Shown here one piece after another: positions 22,446 through 31,655 of a stretch of DNA of 64,000 nucleotides. The notes under the pieces are model-generated. The model did no database searches. It saw nothing but the letters and a program-made list of their open reading frames with translations, and had not been told where the DNA came from. Each line of letters starts with the position of its first letter. The first letter of the stretch is position 1. The DNA is from Vulcanimicrobiota bacterium (lineage in GTDB: Bacteria; Vulcanimicrobiota; Vulcanimicrobiia; Vulcanimicrobiales; Vulcanimicrobiaceae), in the NCBI GenBank assembly GCA_963714015.1, contig OY970223.1:1568001-1632000 (forward strand), written 5' to 3'. Both the position numbers and the translations under genes were made by a program.

Positions 22446-22520
22446 CGTTTGCCGGCACTGTACAAGTTAAGCGACCGAACTTCCTCGAGCGGTGCCGGTT
22501 AGCGTCGCAATAGGTCAACT

Positions 22521-23294
22521 TTAACGAGTCGACATCGCGAACGTGGAGCGCTGACCGCCGGCCGTAATGCGGGAAGCGTAAACCCATACCGACGCGAGCG
22601 CGACGATGTTATATGCATTTGCGCCCCAAGCGCCGAAGTCGTGAGGATCGGTTGCAATGAGCGGCGCAAGAACCAACACGCTGAAAATCAAGAGCATGAC
22701 GGCGAGCAGCTGCGAGGCGAGTTTGTCGCATGTGCGGATCAGTATTGCAATTCCGGCAAGGACGAAGGCAATGCCGGTTAGCACAGCCCAGAAGTTCGCA
22801 TTTGGAGGGATCCAGTTCGGCACCATGGCTGCAGTCGCCGCGATTCCCGTAATCTGAGCAAGACCGAACGCGATTGCGCTCACTCCGAAGATCCAGCGTA
22901 TCACCGGGTTCATGGCGCCGGCCACGATCATCGCGCCCCCAATGACGATCAACTGCTCGCACACTCCGCCGGATACCCCGATATAAACGCCGGCATGATA
23001 GCCGAGGTAGTGCGGCGCAGTGACGAAGCGCGGGAGCCAAAAAATGGCGAAAAGGATATAGACTGCTATGACGATGTTTGCACCGAGACGTCTCGAGGCG
23101 GTGCGTAAAATGGCCAGTCCGCCAATCACAAGCAGAGTCGCGACGATGTAGGCAAGAATACGGGCGCCGGGAATGTGGTCTCCGAATGCTTGGAGCGGTT
23201 GATGCCCGGGATCGAAGCCACCCCAAACGATGTCGACCGCTCCGGCAAAAATAGCGGACAAACCGAACACGTAAACGCTGAGTTTCGTCCTCAT
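22521..23294 (-). CDS. DoxX-like membrane protein
   Basis: About 7-8 TM helices; VPNWIP...FWAVLTG pattern. Confidence 0.65.
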   Translation of the reverse strand: MRTKLSVYVFGLSAIFAGAVDIVWGGFDPGHQPLQAFGDHIPGARILAYIVATLLVIGGLAILRTASRRLGANIVIAVYILFAIFWLPRFVTAPHYLGYHAGVYIGVSGGVCEQLIVIGGAMIVAGAMNPVIRWIFGVSAIAFGLAQITGIAATAAMVPNWIPPNANFWAVLTGIAFVLAGIAILIRTCDKLASQLLAVMLLIFSVLVLAPLIATDPHDFGAWGANAYNIVALASVWVYASRITAGGQRSTFAMSTR

Positions 23295-23965
23295 TGGGCT
23301 GCGTGACTCCGTGAGATTGCGGCGATCATCTCCTCACGACGCCGCTCCAGACTATCGCGCGAGCGATTTTCGTACTCGCTGCGGGTCTGCGGCAGCGCCT
23401 CATGCGGCGTTCCGGGGTACGGCGGCGACGGAGCATATTCCAGCGCCAGCTGGGCCAAGCGCGCGTGCTGTTCGCCGCAGAATTGCGTCAGCAATCGAAC
23501 GCCAAAGTCGATGCCGGCCGTCACTCCCCCACCGGTCATGCGGTTGCGGTCCACGACCACGCGCTCTCCGCGAACCGGGGTAGCACCGCCTAGTTCGAGC
23601 AGGTCGACGTACCGCCAGTGTGACGTTGCGCGATAGCCGCGCAGCAGACCAGCTGCCGCAAGGAGCAGCGATCCTGTGCAGACCGACGTGTACCAATCGA
23701 CGCGACATTGCCGAAGAAAATCCAGCACGCGATCGTCGGCCAGACAAGTCGTCACGCCGGAACCGCCGGGCACAAACAGCGCGTCCGCCGAAGGCGCATC
23801 TTCGAGCAATACGTCCGCCCTTATGTGCAAGCGCGGATCGACCGCTACGTCGGCTTGCGTCGCGACGATAATTGACTCTACACCTGCGGTCTCGAAAAGA
23901 TCGTACGGCCCGATGAAATCGAGCGGCTGCATCTGTGGAAACGCCAACATCAATATTCGCGCCAT
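23291..23965 (-). CDS. DJ-1/PfpI family protein (isonitrile hydratase-like)
   Basis: LDFIGP, VPGG, SVCTGS, ATSHW, GGVTAGID, LEYAP; SD GAAGGAG. Confidence 0.9.
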   Translation of the reverse strand: MARILMLAFPQMQPLDFIGPYDLFETAGVESIIVATQADVAVDPRLHIRADVLLEDAPSADALFVPGGSGVTTCLADDRVLDFLRQCRVDWYTSVCTGSLLLAAAGLLRGYRATSHWRYVDLLELGGATPVRGERVVVDRNRMTGGGVTAGIDFGVRLLTQFCGEQHARLAQLALEYAPSPPYPGTPHEALPQTRSEYENRSRDSLERRREEMIAAISRSHAAQ

Positions 23966-24115
23966 GACTACTCCTTCAACCACCGGCCCGCTTCGAACGC
24001 CCGCAGCCCATAGTAATACTATACGTTCATTCGCAGCAAGCTCGTGGAAGCGCGCATCGTGTTATCCTGCTCACGATGACAGTAGTGCTCACTATGACAC
24101 GGTGGAAGGGAATTG

Positions 24116-24140
24116 AAAAAGCCCCGCCTGAGCGAGGCTT
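24116..24140 (-). terminator. Intrinsic terminator after the 54-aa ORF
   Basis: AAGCCTCGC-TCAG-GCGGGGC-TTTTT on the minus strand. Confidence 0.8.
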
Positions 24141-24168
24141 CTTTTCTTGCAAGCGAGTTGCAAAAACC

Positions 24169-24333
24169 TTAGTTGTCGCGCACCAGAATCGAAGCATACG
24201 TGCCGCTGACGCCGCGCCACATCTTTTCATTCCAGCGATCCGATGCTTGGCGCTCGAGGCTATAGAGATCGAGCATCCAGTCGTTAAAATACGAGTCGTC
24301 GGTGTCGAGAGCTACCAGCGTGCGGTTGTTCAT
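24169..24333 (-). CDS. Small hypothetical protein, 54 aa (MNNRTLVALDTDDSYFNDW...)
   Basis: SD GAAGGA 6 nt before ATG; own terminator; fills a lower-GC gap. Confidence 0.65.
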   Translation of the reverse strand: MNNRTLVALDTDDSYFNDWMLDLYSLERQASDRWNEKMWRGVSGTYASILVRDN

Positions 24334-24434
24334 ATGCGGTCCTTCACTTCGATCCATTCAACGTAACATATCGGCTTTCCGACGCAGCACTTGCGTTATC
24401 TTTGGGTCTTTAGCCCTAAGCGATTACCGAATCA

Positions 24435-25578
24435 TTACATTTCACTTGGTCCTCCAGCCACTCGCCCGCCCGCTTGGAGCCGGTAATCGCCGGTGCGCCA
24501 GCGCACGCCGCGGCCAAAAAAGGCGGCGGCCCAGACGGCCAAACTCAAGACGTCCCGCAGTGGAATGAGCCACGGCGTCGCGCGGATTTCCGGTGAAAAA
24601 GTGGTCTTTGCCTCATAATGGAGGATCGTCCTAAGGAGCGTGGCCAGCCCCAAAACCGGTACGCCGAACGGCCAAGGCACCGTCAGCGCCAGCAATGCCG
24701 CGGCCGGCAGCACGAACGTGACGACGGAACCGGCATAGCCTGCAGGCCGCGCCGCAAAGATTGTTCGCGCCCAGCGCAGTTCGTGGTGCCAGAGACTCGG
24801 CCGGACTCGCGTCGTTGACGCTGGTTCGGACGACGTAGCTCGACAGTTTCACCCGATATCCGGCGTGTGCGACCAACCGCCCCAGCACGTAATCGTCGCC
24901 TAGATGATCGGCAAGCGCTGCAAATCCGCCGGCGCGCTCGAGAACGTCGCGGCGCACGGCCATCGTCGCGCCGAAGCAATACGTCAGCGGTTCGAGCATC
25001 CGGGCGACGAGCACCGAGGGCGCGAAATTGTCGTTCACGTGCATCGCACCCAATTTGGAAACCAGCGATGCGTTCGGCCGGGCGCCGTAGATGCACGTCA
25101 CGCAGCCGGTACGCTCGTCCGTAAAACCCGCTGCTATCGCCGCTAAGTAGTCGCGCCCTACGTGAATATCGCTGTCGGCAATGACGATTAGATCGTGTTC
25201 GACACGATCGAACGCTCCCCAGACGTTGCCGATCTTCGGATTGGCCGCCGGTTTGGCGCTTCCGCAAATGACGTCGATACTTTGGTTCGCGAACTCCGCT
25301 TTTAAGCGATGCGCACACGGCAGCGCCGCATCGCCGCAATCGGCCGCCGTGAAGACGACTTGAAATTCGGGATACTCCTGATCGCAGAACGAGCGGAGAT
25401 TTTCGTAGAGTCCCGGTTCATCGCCGAGCAGGGGTTTGATGACCGTGATGGGCGGCAGATCGTTCGGCGCACGATCGCGCTGTCCGCGAAGCGCGCGCAC
25501 GCGAGCAATCGCAAGCGAAACGTACACGAGGCCTGCAGCCGAAGCGGCTGCGAGAAACCAACCCGCAATCGAGCGCAT
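24435..25578 (-). CDS. hpnI: Bacteriohopanetetrol glucosamine biosynthesis glycosyltransferase (frameshift near 24800)
   Basis: IKPLLG.E, NPKI.N, IADSD, FGATM, LGDDY.LG, ELRWARTI; next to hpnK and the shc cluster. Confidence 0.88.
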
Positions 25579-25585
25579 TCCGGGA

Positions 25586-26441
25586 TCAGGCCGTCGCTAG
25601 TTCGGTGAAGGTGATCGGACGAATCTGTGAGTTGCGCACTGCGCTCACGACCGACGGATCGATCAGTGCCTCGAATTCGCCCTCGAAGTCGTAGTCCGGC
25701 GGGAACGCCTCGGGCCACAACCCCGTGGCGGGGTGGACGTACAGTTCCGAGGTTCCGCGGGGAAGATTCGCCAGAAACGCTTGAACGCGGGGCGCCGTCA
25801 TGCGACCGCTGTCGTTCATGCCGAAGACATAATCGTTGGTCGTAAGACCGGCCGCATGCAGCCGGGCCCGCATCGAGCTGGAGCCACGGCGCCAGGAGCA
25901 CCGACGTCGCCAGGCGCGCGCCCATGCTCGTGCGCATCGCTCTCCACGAGGGCCAGAAGGGTTCGCGCGGAATGCGAACCGCGCGCAGACCGTAGTGCGG
26001 CCCGATCTTCAAAATCAATGAAAGAATTGTCGGATGCACGTGCATGTGGTTCTGCGCGTTCACATGGTCGAGCGCCAAACCGGTTGCAGCAAATGCTTCA
26101 AACTGCGCGCGAATTTCCGCCTCGAGCTGCGCCCGGATCCCAGGCGTGAAAAAGTAGCGCACGCCCGCGCGAAAGAGGTCGCTCTCGAACTTGCCGCGAG
26201 CGTTGACCAGCAGCGGTACACGTTCGGGCGTGAGCGCCGGGCGGCCGTTAACGAGTACGAGGTGTAGCCCGACGCGAAGACCGGGCAAGCGGCGCGCGCG
26301 ATCGATAGCGTCCGGCGTTGCGGGCGCGGCGACCATGAGGCTGGTAGTGGAGAGGATACCTTCACGGTTCCCGCGTTCGATGGCTTCGTTGACGGGCACG
26401 GCAAGTCCGAAGTCGTCCGCGGTCACGATCAGATTCCTCAC
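25586..26441 (-). CDS. hpnK: Hopanoid-associated YdjC/ChbG-type deacetylase (frameshift near 25875)
   Basis: LIVTADDFGL...NEA, GLHLVL, DHVNAQNHMHVHP, ELYVHP. Confidence 0.88.
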
Positions 26442-26573
26442 GCCGCCGAATTTTAGGGAACCAACGCGCGACTCCCGCGCATCTCGGGGTACCTTTGCCA
26501 CGGAGGGCAGCGCGAGCGTTCCATCCAAGCGCAGCTACTTCCGGGTTCATCCGGCCCGCCGACGTCTCAGGAG

Positions 26574-27647
26574 TTGGAGATAGAATCTCATTCGGCCCGC
26601 CGCTGGCGGAGGGAACTACCGGCTGGAGCAAGCGCGGACGTCGAGCCGCTTTTGCTAAGCCGCCATCGTGTTTTGATTTCCGACTGGATGCGCCGTCAGG
26701 CTCCTCCCGCAGCTTCGCTATCTGGAAAGATGGTCTCATACCACATGGGATGGGTCGATCAAGCGGGCCGAGCGGTGCACGTGCGCACCGGAAAGCTCAT
26801 TCGCCCGAGTCTTTGTTTGTGGGCAGCCAACGCATGCGGCGGACGTACGGAGTGCGCGCTTCCGGCCGCGGCTGCGGTCGAATGGTTCCATAACTTCACG
26901 CTCGTGCACGATGACATCCAGGACGAGGACCGAAAACGGCACAACCGCGAGACGGTTTGGTCGCTTTGGGGCATTCCGCAGGCTATCAACGCCGGCGACG
27001 CGTTGCAGGCGCTGGCTTTTCGCTCGATGTCGCAAGTTTCGCAGTATCCGGATCGGGCGCTGCGCGCAATTGCCGCCCTCTCGAACGCCGGACTTGTCGT
27101 CATCGAGGGCCAGTGCATGGATCTGGAGCTCGAAGGTCAAGTCGACGCGTCGCTTCGGTCGTACCTGCGCATGGTCGCCGCAAAAACGGGTGCCCTGCTC
27201 GGCGCGAGTTTGGAAGCCGGCAGCGTCATGGGGGGTGCCGACGAGGCGACGACGAGTCTCTTCAAGCGCGCGGGGCTGCTTTTGGGCGCGGCGTTTCAGA
27301 TCCGCGACGATTGGCTCGGAATGTACGGCGATCCCTCGATTACCGGCAAATCGTCAAGCGCCGACGCGAACAAATACAAAATGACGTTTCCCGTCGTCGC
27401 CGGCCTTCGAGCGATGTCGACGCTGCAGCGCCGCAGACTCCGCGAGCTCTTTCGAACGCGTCACGACGATCACGAGTCGAAACTGCGCGGGCTGCTCGAG
27501 GAGGTCGGCGGAGAACGGCTAACGCGAACCGCTGCGGAACGGTATGCTCGTAAAGCGGTCGCAGCGATAGCGCGCAGCCGCGTGCCGCATTCGGCGCTCG
27601 AGGAGTTCGAGGAGGTTGCCTACTACGTCGCAACGCGATCGCGATAA
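26574..27647 (+). CDS. Short-chain polyprenyl (FPP/GGPP) synthase
   Basis: GKLIRP, HNFTLVHDDIQD, NAGDAL, KTGAL, FQIRDD. Confidence 0.92.
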   Translation: MEIESHSARRWRRELPAGASADVEPLLLSRHRVLISDWMRRQAPPAASLSGKMVSYHMGWVDQAGRAVHVRTGKLIRPSLCLWAANACGGRTECALPAAAAVEWFHNFTLVHDDIQDEDRKRHNRETVWSLWGIPQAINAGDALQALAFRSMSQVSQYPDRALRAIAALSNAGLVVIEGQCMDLELEGQVDASLRSYLRMVAAKTGALLGASLEAGSVMGGADEATTSLFKRAGLLLGAAFQIRDDWLGMYGDPSITGKSSSADANKYKMTFPVVAGLRAMSTLQRRRLRELFRTRHDDHESKLRGLLEEVGGERLTRTAAERYARKAVAAIARSRVPHSALEEFEEVAYYVATRSR

Positions 27648-28683
27648 TTCCGAAACTTCTTCGCGAAAGGCGGATCACGTCCGGATCAATTTGGAACAGG
27701 ACGTGCGCTCGAAGCTCGGGGGAAGCGGGTTTGAAGCCTATCGCTTCGTAAACTGCGCGCTCCCCGAGATCGATCTCGACGAAGTGTCGACGGCTGTCAC
27801 CTTCATGGGACGCCGCTTAGGCGCTCCGCTGCTGATCTCGTGCATGACCGGTGGAACCGCGCAAGCCAAAGAGATCAACCTTCGGCTCGCGCGCGTCGCG
27901 CAGGAGCAGTCGATTGCAATGGGGCTCGGCTCGGGCCGCGCCCTTTTGGAGGATCCGTCCTTACTCGAAACGTTCGAAGTCCGTTCGGCGGCGCCCGACG
28001 CGCTGCTGTTTGCGAATCTCGGAGCGGTGCAGCTCAACAAAGGTTACGCCGCGGACGATTGCCGGCGTTTGGTGGAGATGCTTCGAGCCGACGCGTTGGT
28101 GCTGCATCTGAACGCCATTCAGGAAGCACTGCAGCCCGAAGGCGACACCTGCTTTCGCGGGCTCGTCGATCGCATCGCTGCCGTCTGTGCGCGCCTCGAC
28201 GTGCCGGTCGTCGTCAAAGAGGTTGGCTGGGGCATCGATCCGGACACCGTGCACGCGCTGTTCCAAGCGGGAGCTGCCGCGGTCGATTTGGCCGGGGCCG
28301 GCGGCACGTCGTGGAGTGAAGTCGAGCGCTACCGCATCGCCGAACCGTGGCGCGAGCGCGTTGCGGCTGCTTTTGCGGGATGGGGAATTCCCACGGCCGA
28401 AGCGCTTCGCGCGGCGCGCCGGGAACGTTTGAACGGCCTGCTGATCGCCAGCGGCGGAATTCGCAACGGCATGGACGCGGCCAAAGCGATAGCGATGGGT
28501 GCCGATATGGCCGGCGCCGCATCGCCGTTCTTGCGCGCCGCCGCCGAGAGCTACGAAGCGGCATCGGATCTTGCGCGCCAATTCGTCGAAGTGCTTCGCA
28601 TCACCATGTTCGGCACCGGCGTTCGCAGCATCGGCGATTTGCAACGGACGAAACGCCTGGTGCGAACGGGAGACGGATTTTGA
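27616..28683 (+). CDS. fni: Type 2 isopentenyl-diphosphate delta-isomerase
   Basis: RKADH, MTGG, NLGAVQ, HLNAIQE, KEVGWG, GGTSW, SGGIR. Confidence 0.96.
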   Translation: MPTTSQRDRDNSETSSRKADHVRINLEQDVRSKLGGSGFEAYRFVNCALPEIDLDEVSTAVTFMGRRLGAPLLISCMTGGTAQAKEINLRLARVAQEQSIAMGLGSGRALLEDPSLLETFEVRSAAPDALLFANLGAVQLNKGYAADDCRRLVEMLRADALVLHLNAIQEALQPEGDTCFRGLVDRIAAVCARLDVPVVVKEVGWGIDPDTVHALFQAGAAAVDLAGAGGTSWSEVERYRIAEPWRERVAAAFAGWGIPTAEALRAARRERLNGLLIASGGIRNGMDAAKAIAMGADMAGAASPFLRAAAESYEAASDLARQFVEVLRITMFGTGVRSIGDLQRTKRLVRTGDGF

Positions 28684-29525
28684 ACGAAGCCGCGCGCGCG
28701 GACGCCTATTGCCGCACGCTGGCGACCGGACACTACGAAAATTTCGTCGTCGCCTCGAAGATCGTTCCTGGGCGCTTACGCACCGATCTGATGCGCTTTT
28801 ACGCGTTTTGCCGCACGACGGACGACTTGGGAGACGAAAGTTCCTCGCGCGAGAGCGCACTGAGACGGCTGGCGCGCTGGCGCGCTGAAACGGAGGCGCT
28901 CTTCGAGGGTGAAGAGCCGGTGCATCCGGTCCTCTTCGCTCTGCGAGAGTCGATCGCTCATTACCATCTCGACAAAGTGCCGTTCGTCGATTTGATCGCA
29001 GCGAACGAGCAGGATCAGCGTGTTTTGACGTATGAGTCGTGGCCGGAGCTCGAGCGCTACTGCATGCTTTCGGCCGCGCCGGTGGGGCGCGTGGTGCTGC
29101 GCTTTTTCGGTATCGAGGATCCCGCGGCGCACAAATTATCGGATGACGTCTGCATCGGCCTTCAACTTGCGAACCACGCGCAAGACGTTTCGCGGGACGC
29201 GAAGATCGGTCGCTCCTATCTCTTACAGGAAGACGTCCGCGCATTGGGAACGCAAGGCGCCGTTCGCGCGCTCGTTACTCGAGCGCGTGCGCTGCTTGCG
29301 TCCGGCCAACTGCTGGAGCCGATGGCACCGTGGCTTTTGCGCTTGCAGCTTGCGATGTACCGGCTCGGCGGTCTGGCAATCTGCGACGATATTGCGCGGA
29401 TCGAATACCGCACGGAAGCGATACGGCCCTCCGTATCGAAGAAGACGAAGATTATGCTGGCGCTGCGGGCTATCGTCGAATCGGCGCAACGAAGGGGAGA
29501 GGTAAGGGATGCTGAGATCGCTTGA
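28680..29525 (+). CDS. hpnC: Hydroxysqualene synthase HpnC
   Basis: HYENF.VAS, YAFCRTTDDLGDE, SAAPVGR, LQLANHAQD. Confidence 0.92.
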   Translation: MNEAARADAYCRTLATGHYENFVVASKIVPGRLRTDLMRFYAFCRTTDDLGDESSSRESALRRLARWRAETEALFEGEEPVHPVLFALRESIAHYHLDKVPFVDLIAANEQDQRVLTYESWPELERYCMLSAAPVGRVVLRFFGIEDPAAHKLSDDVCIGLQLANHAQDVSRDAKIGRSYLLQEDVRALGTQGAVRALVTRARALLASGQLLEPMAPWLLRLQLAMYRLGGLAICDDIARIEYRTEAIRPSVSKKTKIMLALRAIVESAQRRGEVRDAEIA

Positions 29526-30399
29526 CGCGGTTCGTTACGTCAGGCGCGCACAAGCCGGCGAGTCCGACGCCGAACGTTTCTGCCGCGAGATGGCGCGGCG
29601 CGAAGCGAAGAACTTCTATTGGGGTTTCATCTCTCTGCCCTACGATCAGCGCATTGCGATCTACGCGCTCTACGATTTCGCGCGTCAAGTCGACGACGAA
29701 GTGGACGACGCTTCGAGGCCTGAGTTGATTCCCGCCGGACTTCTCGCTCAGCGAGAACGGGTTCGCCGCTGCGTCGCGGGCCAAGCAAACGATCCCGTCA
29801 TGGAAGTCCTATCCGAAGCGGCGCGGCGCTATAGCATTCCGGAGAGCGAGCTGCAGGCGCTCATCGACGGCGTCGAACGGGATTACACGCAGACCGCCTA
29901 TGCGTCGTGGGAAGAGCTGCGCGAGTACTGCAAACTCGTGGCGTCCGTGGTCGGACGCATGTGCGTGCGCATCTTCGGCTTCAGCGATCCGGCTGCGCTC
30001 GAGCGCGCGGACGATCTTGGCCTGGCGCTGCAACTCACCAACATTCTGCGCGACGTTCGCGAAGACGCGGAGATGGGACGCGTCTATTTGCCGGAAGATG
30101 ATTTGGGACGCTTCGGCATCACGCGCGAAGCGATCCTCGCAAATGAACCGGGCGAACGCTGGACCGAACTGGTCGAATACGAGACGCAGCGAGCGCGCGC
30201 GCTTTTCGAACGCGGATACGAAGTGCTCGACTATATTCCGCGGCGCGCCGCGGCATGCGTTCAGACGATGGCCGGCATCTACGAACGGATACTCCGAAAG
30301 ATCGAGGACGATCCGCAGCTGCCGCTGCGGGAGCGGGCGGCTCTGAGCAAAGGCGAGAAATTGCGCGTGGTTCTGGGATCTTGGCTGCACCGCGCGTAG
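29509..30399 (+). CDS. hpnD: Presqualene diphosphate synthase HpnD
   Basis: NFYWGF, DDEVD, VASVVG, LQLTNILRDV.ED...GRVYLP. Confidence 0.92.
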   Translation: MLRSLDAVRYVRRAQAGESDAERFCREMARREAKNFYWGFISLPYDQRIAIYALYDFARQVDDEVDDASRPELIPAGLLAQRERVRRCVAGQANDPVMEVLSEAARRYSIPESELQALIDGVERDYTQTAYASWEELREYCKLVASVVGRMCVRIFGFSDPAALERADDLGLALQLTNILRDVREDAEMGRVYLPEDDLGRFGITREAILANEPGERWTELVEYETQRARALFERGYEVLDYIPRRAAACVQTMAGIYERILRKIEDDPQLPLRERAALSKGEKLRVVLGSWLHRA

Positions 30400-31655
30400 C
30401 GGTCGTCGGGGCGGGACTTGCGGGCTTGTCGGCGGCTCGTACGCTCAAACGAGCCGGCGCGCACGTCGAGATATTCGAGCGCAGCCGTCTGCTTGGCGGA
30501 CGCGCGACCTCCTTCGAGATAGACGGACGCGTCGTCGACAACGGACAGCACGTCTATCTGGCCTGCTGCACCGAATTCATCCGCTTCGTCCGCGACGCAG
30601 GTATGCAGAGTGCACTGCGTACGCAGCCGCGATTCGACGTTGTGGTCTATTCGAAAGCGGGCGCGCGCAGCGAACTGCGCGCCGGCGGGATGCCCGCACC
30701 GCTGCATCTTCTGATCTCGTTTGCCGGCTACGCGCACCTTTCATTAGCGGGGAAACTTCGCGTTGCGCGCGCGCTTCTATCGCTCACGCTGCGCGGGGGG
30801 CGCGCGCCGGACGGCCAGTCGTTCGCGGCGTGGCTGCGAGCGAACGGCCAAAACGCCGAGACGATAGAGGCGTTCTGGGAACCGTTCTTAGTGCCCGCGC
30901 TCAACGCGCCGCTGGATCGAATGAGCGCCGCGGAAGCGGCGTTCGTCATTTCCACCGCCTTCTTACGCGATCGTGACGCCGCCCGCTTCGGATACTCAAC
31001 CGTTCCGCTGGCGCAAATTATGGAAACGGCCGCAACGCAGCTCGACGCGGTGCACCGCTCGTGCGCCGTGCTCGAGATGCGCGCGCAGCCCGATGCAATC
31101 GCACTGCGAACCGCGCAAGTCGAGCTGACGTTCGACGCTGCCGTGCTGGCCGTACATCCCCGCGGCCTGGAGAAACTGCTCGGCGATCCTTCGCGCTTCG
31201 GCGTTCCGCCGCTGGACGTCTACGAACCGTTCGCCATCATGGACGTGCACTTGTGGCACGACGGCGCGCAATTGCCGTTCGACTTTGCCGCGTTGCTCGG
31301 GTCGCCGATTCAGTGGATCTTTCAAAAGGGTCCGGGGTATCTGTGCTGCAGTTGCAGCGCGGCAGGAGATCTCGTGCGCAAACCCACAGCGGAGATGGTC
31401 CGGACGGCGTGGGAAGAAGTACGGTTATCGCTTCCGGGATTGCGGGAAGCTCGGCTGGTAGACGGCGCGGCGACGCGAAATCCGGAAGGGACGTATTTGG
31501 CTGCGCCCGGTGCTCCGCGCCCGGGGCCGCGCACAAAACTGCCGAACTTGGCTATCGCGGGTGCATGGACGGCCACCGGATGGCCGGACACGATGGAGTC
31601 GGCGGTTCGCAGCGGCGTATCGGCTGCGCAAGTTTTATTGGAGAGAAAACGTTGA
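30381..31655 (+). CDS. hpnE: Hydroxysqualene dehydroxylase HpnE
   Basis: GAGLAGL, LGGRATSF, VDNGQH, TGWPDTMESAVRSG. Confidence 0.92.
   Translation: MAAPRVAVVGAGLAGLSAARTLKRAGAHVEIFERSRLLGGRATSFEIDGRVVDNGQHVYLACCTEFIRFVRDAGMQSALRTQPRFDVVVYSKAGARSELRAGGMPAPLHLLISFAGYAHLSLAGKLRVARALLSLTLRGGRAPDGQSFAAWLRANGQNAETIEAFWEPFLVPALNAPLDRMSAAEAAFVISTAFLRDRDAARFGYSTVPLAQIMETAATQLDAVHRSCAVLEMRAQPDAIALRTAQVELTFDAAVLAVHPRGLEKLLGDPSRFGVPPLDVYEPFAIMDVHLWHDGAQLPFDFAALLGSPIQWIFQKGPGYLCCSCSAAGDLVRKPTAEMVRTAWEEVRLSLPGLREARLVDGAATRNPEGTYLAAPGAPRPGPRTKLPNLAIAGAWTATGWPDTMESAVRSGVSAAQVLLERKR

Noticed and set aside
29509..31655. Carotenoid genes crtB/crtI
   Set aside because: The hpnC-hpnD-hpnE-shc order and the HpnC/HpnE motifs indicate squalene synthesis for hopanoids.
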